A DNA stretch of 22,994 nucleotides, from assembly GCA_048938105.1 (NCBI GenBank), contig JBHLMN010000033.1:1-22994 (forward strand), given 5' to 3'. The notes beneath the pieces are model-generated. The model was not told the origin of the DNA and searched no databases. It worked only from the letters and a program-made list of their open reading frames with translations. Source of the stretch: Promethearchaeota archaeon (GTDB lineage Archaea > Asgardarchaeota > Heimdallarchaeia > Hodarchaeales > Hodarchaeaceae). Shown in pieces: positions 1 to 8,498 of this stretch. Within the stretch, counting starts at the first letter, position 1. Each line of letters starts with the position of its first letter. A program made the translations under genes and the position numbers.

Positions 1-628
1 AAGAACCCAAATCAGCTCCACTATCATTCCAATTCCCAGATACTATTGAAAGCCCATCATTATTCGGAACAAAATCAACACCGTAACTTCCGCTGAATGT
101 AGTAGGCTCGTTGGATGAATTCTTGAAATTTGCGTCTCCATTTTTGTTATCTGAGCATAAGCCGCCACAAGCCGTTTCCCAAGCATTATAAGTGCTGTAT
201 CCGGTTGCTCCCCAATATAAAAAATTGCTTGCTTCTGCGCCCCAGGAGTTATTGTCGTATTCATTATTTGAACCATAAGTGCCGTCATTCTCGGCCCCGT
301 TTTGAAACACAACCTCCGTTCCCGTGGCACTTAGAGTTATATTATTTTTTATTACATTGTCGATTTTGCCATCTGCTTCCGGTTCTGAATATATTCTCAG
401 GTTAGTATAGCCATTATGCCACAGGGTATTGTTAAGGACTTTATTTCGGATGGTGGGGCTGCGATAAAGAACTATTCCGTCAGCATATGGATAATTTGTA
501 TGATCGTAAACAACATTACCGTAAATCCAAATATCATAGGAAATTTCCGAAACAATGCCTTTTGATTCATTGTTGAAAACGATATTGTATCGCGCAATTC
601 CGTAGTAACCCCCACCGCTAGTTCCCAT
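1..628 (-). CDS. Right-handed parallel beta-helix (pectin lyase-like fold) protein, partial; runs off the left edge and is probably also 5'-truncated
   Basis: Manual translation of the minus strand from ATG at 628 has no stop down to position 2: MGTSGGGYYGIARYNIVFNNESKGIVSEISYDIWIYGNVVYDHTNYPYADGIVLYRSPTIRNKVLNNTLWHNGYTNLRIYSEPEADGKIDNVIKNNITLS...WGATGYSTYNAWETACGG... The recurrent Asn-ladder motifs (RYNIVFNN, YGNVVYD, LNNTLWHN, IKNNIT) are typical of beta-helix repeats. Not in the supplied ORF track. The nearest upstream in-frame stop is at 668-670. Confidence 0.75.
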   Translation of the reverse strand, partial: MGTSGGGYYGIARYNIVFNNESKGIVSEISYDIWIYGNVVYDHTNYPYADGIVLYRSPTIRNKVLNNTLWHNGYTNLRIYSEPEADGKIDNVIKNNITLSATGTEVVFQNGAENDGTYGSNNEYDNNSWGAEASNFLYWGATGYSTYNAWETACGGLCSDNKNGDANFKNSSNEPTTFSGSYGVDFVPNNDGLSIVSGNWNDSGADLGS

Positions 629-839
629 AGGTACAAAAGAAATCTCACTATACAATGCTATCTTTGATTACCAAGAAATTGATAACGATAAATTTCCGAA
701 TGGGAGTATTGTTGGTCTTCTCAATGTAGTTACTCGAGCAGAGTATGAAGGAACAAACATTGAGCTCTCATTCGACTCAATTATTGAAATCAATTCTTTA
801 GTAAAACCATTTGTTGAACACAATTATCATCCAGAAGGA

Positions 840-3800
840 TTGTATACTTATCCCCGAGTAAAAACAAAATTATTACAAGATTATTTCCTAGCTGAGTCTG
901 CTTACAATGAACTAATACGAAATAACAAGAAAGAACCATTAATCACCTTAGATGTATTTCTTATCTTTGACCAATTACTCAATATTGACAATCGTTGGAA
1001 AAAGGTTCAGGGAAAAGCTCTCACGAGAAATGAACTCCTAGTTGATTATCTAACTAAATCTCCAGTGGAATTAAGACCGACTGTTCAAGAACCCAGTTAT
1101 CAAATGATAGGGGGAGGTATGAGGGCTGTTGAATCACGGATAAGATTAGGAGTGCCAGATTGGTTTAAAAGATTATTTTCAGCATGCATAAGTAAAATAA
1201 AAGTCGTTTTAGTCTTACAAGATAATTTGATGGTTCGGGAGGAAGCATTAGAAGCATTCTTAAAGTTACAAAGAACTGTACCTGAAATTACCTCAGATAC
1301 TATCTATGACCAATTTGTGAAAGATCGGGAGTTTGGAGGAATAAGTCAGTCAAAAGAACCAAGTGACTACACTCAGTTGATCATAAAAATTTTCCCTGAA
1401 TATCTTGAGAAAAGAGCGACCGTAATGGATAAAATCGATGAGTATTGTCAAAGAATGGAACAAGAAAAGCACCATGATGAAGATGATTATTATTCATTAG
1501 ATGATTATATCTGCCAAGAAAAAGAGTATAGAGAGCTTTCATTTTTACTCTCAATTCAAGAATTCTCTGGATCATCTGGATTAAAGTACTGGAGCCTCCT
1601 AGTTATTCGAAATTCTGGAATGCAAGGACAGTTAGTAAGCTATCTTCTTCAAGAGGAATTACCGTCTTCAGTGTTAGATGTTCTATTAGTTCGTTATCAA
1701 AAACTAATATCATCATGGGTAGATCAAGAACTTGGGGTCACGATGCCAGGGGAGTGGGATTTTGAAGAAGAGGTAATTTTCAAAAGTTTCATTATGAATG
1801 CGAGACGAGGAGTATCAAAAGAAACGTTAGGATTATTTTGGAAATTATTAATTGATTATTCTAATGATTTAAATCTGATAGAATTTCTTATGGAGTTTTC
1901 ATCAAAACTTGATCTCGAAACTGTACAATTATTATATCGTATCACCTTATTATATGGATTTCATAATAAGCATAATGAAAATAGAAATTCTGGATTACTT
2001 ATCCAATATTCTGAAAACTTTAAACCGATATCAATGATATTAAATTATGAAGAAGCTCAATCATTATTATTAACAGGGTACCCTTTGACGAATGATGAAA
2101 TTCAATGGTTTCTAAACAATAACATGGATGAAATTATTGAAGAATCATTAGATAGAAAAACAAGGAAGGAATCTTCTGATCAAAAGGAGATTGCTAAGAA
2201 CCAAGAATCTGATACACAGAATCAGCTTAAACGCCTTGGTAAGATCTTGACTAATAGGAAGCAAATTAACTGGAAATTAAGAGATCGATTCAAGATTTAT
2301 CAAACAGCGTTGGTTCAAGGAGTATCAATTGATATAGTGGATTTTTCCAAAACAATCAATGAGTTCGGCCAGATTGATTGGGTTTTGAAAGCTCTTAACC
2401 TAGATTATATATCAGTAGAACCAGATTTTCCAAGAAATTTATTTGCAGCGCTTTCATCTAAGATTAAAGCTATTAAAGCAATAATAGAAGGGCAGAGGAT
2501 TGATGTATTCAAAATCATTTTCTATCGTTTAATCACGTATGAAACCTGTGATAAAAAAATAGTGAATAAGTCTTTACTAGATTCTGAGACAGAAGAATGG
2601 TTAAGAAATAGTACACTATCAGATGAAAGTATGCTGGATGACGATTGGCGAGAGATAGAACGATTAGTTAGAAAGCGATTACCTGACTATTTTCGAGAAG
2701 TAGAGTTTTGTGAGTTCGTTTCTGATCAATTAAAGAGTGACAATGAGAATAAAATAAAACCTAAATACTTAGCAGAATTAATGTTCTCTTCCTATCCTGA
2801 TAGAGATAAAGAGAACTCCTATAATTGGGAAAAAATAGTACCTTTATTTACTGAACAATTCCTCAACCAACTACTTGAAGAAGTAAGAACAGTTAGTCTA
2901 TACGATTCTCCAGTTTTTTCATTGTTACTAAAAACAATACCCTTTCATGAGAAAAAGGTCTCCGAATTCATCTTGGGGATTTTTGAAGAAGAGACGGAAG
3001 ATTCTAGATTGAATGTCTATCATTCATGTTTAACAAGGATTACAGAACGATTACTCAAGACAAGAAATTATACGATGCTGTTGTATTTAATACAACATGT
3101 TTCAATTCGTAGCTTCATCTTCATTGTGTATGCAATAAGGAAAATAACTTTTCCAGAACAGAATGACCTCATTCGGATTATTCCTGTATTAACAAAACAT
3201 GCCCAGGAAAATCTCAATGATCTAACTTCAGCAATTCAAACCATTATTTCACGGTTATACAATGAAAGGGAAAATATAGAAGATCAAGATGAGATCGATT
3301 CAATGATAGATTATTTATTTGATATAATAGTTGGATTACAACCTAATAACAAAGAAGAATTATTGGAATTACTATTCTTTTTCCCTATTATCCCGTACGA
3401 TTTTGAAATATGGGTAAGTAGAGAAAAAAATGTAATTCTTTCAAATAAAGACCGCTATTATTCGTTAATAGTCCATAAGAAACAATGGTTAATGAGACAA
3501 GAAGAATCGACTAATAAATTCAAATATGATGAAATTAATAGCATGATAAAGGTTGTAGATATATTACTGAATGCCTTCGATAATAAGCTCAAACCTGAGA
3601 ACTTGGATTTGAAAGAAATATTGTACCCACAGGTGAGAATTTACGAACCAATTAATTTAGAGACCTACATCCCATCTACAACAACCGAGGAAGGAGAAGA
3701 TTTTCATGAAAGCATCAACATACTGACTTTTAATGAACAAATTTTGTTGTTAATCCGATTGCTATTTGGACGAGAGGTTGTTTTAGTAAATGAAGAAGTA

Positions 3801-4106
3801 ATAATAAAGGATATCGACGATACTGAGGGAAGGTTCCAGAGGTTATTTCCATATAATAAACGAAATGGGATCGAAATCCTTCTGAAAACCTTAGATCCTG
3901 TTAAACTGGTTTTAAGGGGTAAAAAGTTACTAAGTTCCAATAAAAAGCAGCAATTTGCCTTTTTAAATTATATAGTCAACAGATTAAATAAAGAAGACCA
4001 AGGAGCTCTACTTAAACACTTGAATGAGGAGGAATATGAAGCAATAAGATTGACTTTGATTTTAAGCATCCTTGAAAATCATGAAAAAAGCAATCAATTT
4101 TTCTAA
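840..4106 (+). CDS. Large, mostly alpha-helical hypothetical protein (>=1088 aa); frame is open from 609, so probably N-terminally truncated
   Basis: 3.3-kb ORF with Leu/Glu/Ile/Lys-rich helical composition. The frame continues upstream of TTG-840 without a stop until TAA at 606-608 (..GTKEISLYNAIFDYQEIDNDKFPNGSIVGLLNVVTRAEYEG..). No family recognised with confidence. Confidence 0.85.
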   Translation: MYTYPRVKTKLLQDYFLAESAYNELIRNNKKEPLITLDVFLIFDQLLNIDNRWKKVQGKALTRNELLVDYLTKSPVELRPTVQEPSYQMIGGGMRAVESRIRLGVPDWFKRLFSACISKIKVVLVLQDNLMVREEALEAFLKLQRTVPEITSDTIYDQFVKDREFGGISQSKEPSDYTQLIIKIFPEYLEKRATVMDKIDEYCQRMEQEKHHDEDDYYSLDDYICQEKEYRELSFLLSIQEFSGSSGLKYWSLLVIRNSGMQGQLVSYLLQEELPSSVLDVLLVRYQKLISSWVDQELGVTMPGEWDFEEEVIFKSFIMNARRGVSKETLGLFWKLLIDYSNDLNLIEFLMEFSSKLDLETVQLLYRITLLYGFHNKHNENRNSGLLIQYSENFKPISMILNYEEAQSLLLTGYPLTNDEIQWFLNNNMDEIIEESLDRKTRKESSDQKEIAKNQESDTQNQLKRLGKILTNRKQINWKLRDRFKIYQTALVQGVSIDIVDFSKTINEFGQIDWVLKALNLDYISVEPDFPRNLFAALSSKIKAIKAIIEGQRIDVFKIIFYRLITYETCDKKIVNKSLLDSETEEWLRNSTLSDESMLDDDWREIERLVRKRLPDYFREVEFCEFVSDQLKSDNENKIKPKYLAELMFSSYPDRDKENSYNWEKIVPLFTEQFLNQLLEEVRTVSLYDSPVFSLLLKTIPFHEKKVSEFILGIFEEETEDSRLNVYHSCLTRITERLLKTRNYTMLLYLIQHVSIRSFIFIVYAIRKITFPEQNDLIRIIPVLTKHAQENLNDLTSAIQTIISRLYNERENIEDQDEIDSMIDYLFDIIVGLQPNNKEELLELLFFFPIIPYDFEIWVSREKNVILSNKDRYYSLIVHKKQWLMRQEESTNKFKYDEINSMIKVVDILLNAFDNKLKPENLDLKEILYPQVRIYEPINLETYIPSTTTEEGEDFHESINILTFNEQILLLIRLLFGREVVLVNEEVIIKDIDDTEGRFQRLFPYNKRNGIEILLKTLDPVKLVLRGKKLLSSNKKQQFAFLNYIVNRLNKEDQGALLKHLNEEEYEAIRLTLILSILENHEKSNQFF

Positions 4107-4122
4107 TAAAGGATAGGTATAT

Positions 4123-4178
4123 GGAGTATCAGGGACGTGTCCTGATTTCATGGGTATTCTTCCTGTTGAATATACTCC
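4123..4178. other. Structured (hairpin-forming) segment between convergent genes; possible terminator or cis element
   Basis: Outer inverted repeat GGAGTAT (4123-4129) / ATACTCC (4172-4178). Inner inverted repeat ATCAGG(G)AC (4128-4136) / GTCCTGAT (4139-4146). Confidence 0.35.
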
Positions 4179-4223
4179 TTAAATGATTTGGAGGAAAATA
4201 AATTTAGAGGAATCATGCTTTCC

Positions 4224-4439
4224 TTATTTTGATTTCTCATTTGAATACATATCAAATTTTCTCTCATACAGACGATCAATCCAATCCTTAGTAGAAATCT
4301 TCCATTTTTCATGCTTTGTACTTGAAAAATTAGCTCTTACAGTTCTAGGAGTCATACCAAGCTTAATTGCTTTATTTATAGTTTCATCATTTAAGTTATA
4401 TATTCTTTTTACGTCTTTCCATGAAAATTTTTTAGGTAT
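4224..4439 (-). CDS. Small basic conserved hypothetical protein (~71 aa); no canonical start, probable ATA start
   Basis: Minus frame open 4517->4224: (I/M)PKKFSWKDVKRIYNLNDETINKAIKLGMTPRTVRANFSSTKHEKWKISTKDWIDRLYERKFDMYSNEKSK*. From memory it resembles a widespread small-protein pattern W..K..y.L.de.I..A..LG..P......WK.....WI..LYE.rF. GAGGA lies 9 nt upstream of the ATA codon. Missed by the ORF track. Confidence 0.65.
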   Translation of the reverse strand: MPKKFSWKDVKRIYNLNDETINKAIKLGMTPRTVRANFSSTKHEKWKISTKDWIDRLYERKFDMYSNEKSK

Positions 4440-4506
4440 TCTTAATATTCCTCTGAAATTCTTTCGATTAGATTTAAGAAAAATTAGCGCTGTTTTCAGG
4501 AACGTT

Positions 4507-5040
4507 CTACGAAAGAATTATACTTCCTTTATACCTGAGAGCGCTGTAAGTTTCATGAAAGTAGAATTCAGAACGAATATAATCTTCTATTTCATCATAT
4601 TTCTTACTTTTGTAAAGATCAGGTATACTTTGATTCGACTTGGTTTTTCTTTTATTTAGAGTTTTTGATAATACTCGATCCCAAGTTAAACCCTTGAACC
4701 GCCATCTATTCATAGGGATCAAATTTTGCTTTAAATCTATGATTAAAAGTTTCCTATAAAATAATTTATAGATTTCTTTTGTTTCTGCAATTTGATTATG
4801 AATTAACCTTTGAATTACAAAGGGGATATCAAATGTAAGAATATTGAATCCCTGTATAATACAGGTTTCATCGATTGAACTCAAAATGACCCAAAATTTC
4901 ATTAATATCTCATGTTCAGAACTTCTCCATTCTTTAAGAATTTTAAGTACTCCACTTTTTTCTTGATACGATATCGCAATAATCTTATCCGTATAAGGAT
5001 TTAATCCTGTTGTTTCAATATCAAAAGCTATAACTTTCAT
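4507..5040 (-). CDS. RNase H-like / DEDD 3'-5' exonuclease domain protein (RNase_H_2/YprB-like, stand-alone)
   Basis: ExoI FDIETTGL, ExoII GFNILTFDIPF and ExoIII-like YIRSE (E where D is usual). Start moved from 5067 to ATG 5040 because GGAGATGA precedes it. Confidence 0.85.
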   Translation of the reverse strand: MKVIAFDIETTGLNPYTDKIIAISYQEKSGVLKILKEWRSSEHEILMKFWVILSSIDETCIIQGFNILTFDIPFVIQRLIHNQIAETKEIYKLFYRKLLIIDLKQNLIPMNRWRFKGLTWDRVLSKTLNKRKTKSNQSIPDLYKSKKYDEIEDYIRSEFYFHETYSALRYKGSIILS

Positions 5041-5169
5041 TATATCATCTCCAATAAAATGAATCATGAATATTGTAGCTTTTAAGAGTAATAAGGATTT
5101 ATTCTTTAAAAGAAAACTACTCCATTTTTTGATGTAGTTAATATTAAAAAGCTATAAATTATTAATTAA

Positions 5170-7788
5170 ATGAAATTGAAAAAGAAGAGAGTATGGCTTA
5201 TTTTGCATGATGCTCAAAACCGGATAGAATTTGACGACCTTATAGAATCAATAATACGGGATAAATATGTTATAAAGGTATTAGAATCTTTAATCATATC
5301 AAATAATAATAATAGTAATCAAAAACATTGGAAAAGACCATCAGAGTTTATAAATCCTTTGATTAAAAAGTTTAAAATTAGTGAAGCAGCTTTGTACAGA
5401 ACATTGGGTCTTTTAACTAAGATAAAACTTGTTGATAAAGTTACAATACATAGAACGGATAAAAAATATAGGATTTCACGATCGGGTTTAGCTACTTATT
5501 TTAAATTGTTTGAAATCAAAGAGATGAAGGAAATACCCATACTAGAAGCTGAGACTTATTTAGTGAGAAAAGGGATCTATGACTTAACCTCTGCTCAGGA
5601 GAAATTCCTTGAATTTTTTTATGATAATCAGGACGAAAATGTTTTACTTTTCGCGAGTCCAGGAACGGGGAAAACATGGATGACACTTTGCTATATTATA
5701 AATGGCTTAAGATGTGAACCAGATGCTAAATGTTTGTATTTAACTCCGTTTAAGGCCTTAAATCAAGAGAAATATCTCGATTTTAGCAGAAATCTAAAAG
5801 ATCTTTCAATACGTTGCTTTGATTCAGATTACCCACAATGTCCAGAAGAAGAGCAAGTAGTTATTGCGACTTATGAGAAGGCATATCAAGCTTGGTTAAC
5901 GCAAATTCCGTGGATGGAGAAAGTAAGAATTATTATCGCTGATGAATTAACTTTAATCAATGAACCTCGTAGGGGATTAACAGTCTATCTCTTTTTAAAC
6001 TCATTAATCAAGACAAAAAAAATTCAATTAATTACCTCTTCATCATTAATGGGAGATCTAAATCCATTGGGTGATTGGTTACATGCAAAATTATTTTTAT
6101 ATGAATATAATCCTTCAGTGAAGGAATTTATAATTTACTATGACTTTCATAAGAAAAAGCTTGTTTGTGAGCACATTGAGGGTTATATTCATGAGGAGAT
6201 CGATGGGTTAAATTGTAGAGATGCAACCATTTGGGCTGTTAACACAATTCGATCAAAAAATGAAGATGCAGTTATACAAATACTTAATTATTCTATACAA
6301 GGGTGTATAGAGCTTTGTGAAGAGTTAATGTCATCTTATGAATGTTTACCTGAACAAGAAGAAGATCTTCTCTTTTTATCAGAATTTCAAGGATATTCCC
6401 AAGACATAACTAAATTAAAAGGCTTCTTGAGAAAGGGGATAGCTTTTCATCATGCAGGATTACCCATGAAGATTCGGAATATAATTGAATATAGATTAGA
6501 GCGAGGAATGATAAAAATACTTGTATGTACTTCTACATTAAGTCATGGTGTTCATTATAAAATAGATGGATTAATAATTAGTGAATATCCGATCAATTAC
6601 TTTGATAAAACTTCCTATTCCCAATTCAAAGGAAGAATTTTACGCCCTGGTCAAGATAACATGCAAAGTGTGTTCATAATTCCAAGTAGTTTAAGAAGAG
6701 CAAAATCCTTACGAAAAATCATTTTAGGTTCATATCCTTCAGTCAAAGAAAAAATTGAAAAAAATGTGAAAAAACTTGGAAGGGCTGAAATAGTCACATC
6801 TATCTTGAGTGAATTAAAAGATAAACGTTATGGTGTATCTAAAAGAGTTTTAAATGTGAAAGTAAAAAGAAAATACAACAGCGTTCTTCTATCTAGAATT
6901 AAACTAGGAATAACAGGTGTCTTAAACGAATTACAAAAAGACAATTTCATAAAGAAAACAAAAAAGAAATTAAAACTAACTGATGAAGGAATGAATCTTT
7001 TAAAATGGAATTTTCCTTATGAATCATATATTTATTTTCAAAATATAAGAAATAAAATAAAACAAGAAAAAATTGTAACAAACGATGTTAGAAGTGAAAT
7101 TATAACTTCTGTTGCTAAAATAGCGAAAATTCAGTTAGTAAAATGGGAGGAAAGACGTTTAAGTCAATTGAACACCAAAGAAATCATACATGTATTGAAA
7201 CTATGGATTAATGAATATTCATACTCTTGGATTATTAAAAAATTAAAAGAGAATAGAAAAGAAAATTATAGAAATGAGAATGAATTATTTGATTTTTCTG
7301 AATTTCTTGAACTAGTACCCTTCTATGATGCTGATATTGATAGATTAAGCAAATTAGTGTCATATATCATATATCAGATACTTTTTCTTTTAAAAGAAGA
7401 AGAAAAAATTCAGGAAAGAAATGAAATAATTATAGAGCTTGAAATACTTAACAAATCAGTTAAATTTGGATTGAAAAGTGATTTAGCCTTGTCTAATCTT
7501 AACATACTAGATTTAACAAGAGGAGAAAAAATTACACTAAGAAAAATTCTCTGTAAATATCCAAGTGATCTCACTCCAAATATAGGAATGTTAATTGAAA
7601 GGTCATTGTATAAAAGCTCTGACTTTTATAGAGATTTAATCATTCTTTTCGGTGAAAGTAGATTTCAAGAATTAATGAACCATGTAAAAGAAATAAAAAC
7701 TCAAAGAAAATGGGGTGACTTAGTAAGAGAAGAAATTATTCAATCTAGATCAAATAAATCCTTCACTGAAGATATAATCCAATTGTAA
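5170..7788 (+). CDS. Ski2/Hel308-like SF2 helicase with an N-terminal winged-helix domain
   Basis: Q-motif GIYDLTSAQ, Walker A SPGTGKT, Ia PFKAL, Ib VIATYEK, motif II IIADELT, FHHAGL, motif V CTSTLSHGV, motif VI QFKGRILRPG. The N-terminal segment (ISEAALYRTLGLLTKIKLVDK..KYRISRSG) fits an HTH plus wing. Exact start codon uncertain. Confidence 0.9.
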   Translation: MKLKKKRVWLILHDAQNRIEFDDLIESIIRDKYVIKVLESLIISNNNNSNQKHWKRPSEFINPLIKKFKISEAALYRTLGLLTKIKLVDKVTIHRTDKKYRISRSGLATYFKLFEIKEMKEIPILEAETYLVRKGIYDLTSAQEKFLEFFYDNQDENVLLFASPGTGKTWMTLCYIINGLRCEPDAKCLYLTPFKALNQEKYLDFSRNLKDLSIRCFDSDYPQCPEEEQVVIATYEKAYQAWLTQIPWMEKVRIIIADELTLINEPRRGLTVYLFLNSLIKTKKIQLITSSSLMGDLNPLGDWLHAKLFLYEYNPSVKEFIIYYDFHKKKLVCEHIEGYIHEEIDGLNCRDATIWAVNTIRSKNEDAVIQILNYSIQGCIELCEELMSSYECLPEQEEDLLFLSEFQGYSQDITKLKGFLRKGIAFHHAGLPMKIRNIIEYRLERGMIKILVCTSTLSHGVHYKIDGLIISEYPINYFDKTSYSQFKGRILRPGQDNMQSVFIIPSSLRRAKSLRKIILGSYPSVKEKIEKNVKKLGRAEIVTSILSELKDKRYGVSKRVLNVKVKRKYNSVLLSRIKLGITGVLNELQKDNFIKKTKKKLKLTDEGMNLLKWNFPYESYIYFQNIRNKIKQEKIVTNDVRSEIITSVAKIAKIQLVKWEERRLSQLNTKEIIHVLKLWINEYSYSWIIKKLKENRKENYRNENELFDFSEFLELVPFYDADIDRLSKLVSYIIYQILFLLKEEEKIQERNEIIIELEILNKSVKFGLKSDLALSNLNILDLTRGEKITLRKILCKYPSDLTPNIGMLIERSLYKSSDFYRDLIILFGESRFQELMNHVKEIKTQRKWGDLVREEIIQSRSNKSFTEDIIQL

Positions 7789-7864
7789 AATTAATATCAA
7801 CTCTATTTAGATGAGAATATGAATCATTAATTGATTCTAAGGAATAACATAAAAGGTGAACTTG

Positions 7865-8428
7865 ATGCAAAATCCACTTCCTATACAAAACGGGGATAAT
7901 TGGACAGTTCTTGTCTTTCATTGTCCAATTACAAACTCAGATAAAATTTTGATAGAAATTTTTGACATGTTTGACCAAAACACTCCCTTAGTAAGTCTAC
8001 CTCATTATATGGTTCGAGGTAAAGATTCACTATCCGATGTAGTGGTTAGTCTTAGGATGTTTAGAAAATCGAAGGCTGAATCTTCTATTAAGAATCTACT
8101 CGAGAATATTCTTAGAAAATTTGGAGTAACAGAGATATATTCTTTTAATTCTCAAAAAGTTAGTGATTATTATAAGTATCACAACTGGATTAAAAATGGT
8201 GAAATAAATATCAATTGGGAGTATGATCAATGCGAAGTTCTTCACGACTTGAGTCGTATTTGTATCTCGTTGATGAAAAAAAACTTATTTTTTCATTCAG
8301 AAAGAAATTGTTCAAGGGAACATGCAATCCATCTATTCATTTGGATGATGGGGTTACGTGAATATCAAAGAGATTATTGGGAGTATCTATTAGAAAATCA
8401 ACCCCCTGTATTGATGAAAAAGAGTTAG
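7865..8428 (+). CDS. Hypothetical protein (~187 aa); possible remote Lant_dehydr_C/thiopeptide-biosynthesis-like fold
   Basis: Operonic ORF. AGGTGA at 7854-7859 favours ATG 7865 over GTG 7856. Pattern W(beta)..HYMVR..SLRMF..LHDLSRICISLM..HLFIWMMGL.E. The fold call is tentative. Confidence 0.75.
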   Translation: MQNPLPIQNGDNWTVLVFHCPITNSDKILIEIFDMFDQNTPLVSLPHYMVRGKDSLSDVVVSLRMFRKSKAESSIKNLLENILRKFGVTEIYSFNSQKVSDYYKYHNWIKNGEININWEYDQCEVLHDLSRICISLMKKNLFFHSERNCSREHAIHLFIWMMGLREYQRDYWEYLLENQPPVLMKKS

Positions 8429-8498
8429 CATCAGAAGAAGAAACAAAGAAATTTAAAATAATGGTGATAAAAGATAATTAAGTCTAGGTTCAGGAATA

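Noticed and set aside
43-405. ORF-track calls 43..330 (-) and 130..405 (+)
   Set aside because: Both are shadows of the longer minus-strand beta-helix frame (628->edge), which has recognisable repeats.
1381-3940. Short antisense ORFs 1381..1575 and 3704..3940
   Set aside because: They lie wholly inside the 1088-aa ORF on the opposite strand and show no motifs.
4183-4659. 158-aa hydrophobic plus-strand ORF resembling a membrane protein
   Set aside because: Its Phe/Ile/Leu richness is the expected antisense read of the Lys/Asn-rich minus-strand genes (4224-4439 and the exonuclease 3' end) that it overlaps.
5170-7788. Assigning the helicase as canonical hel308 or as Hachiman hamB
   Set aside because: The extra N-terminal wHTH and divergent motifs argue against canonical Hel308, and no HamA/DUF1837-like gene is recognisable next to it. 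Gene symbol withheld.
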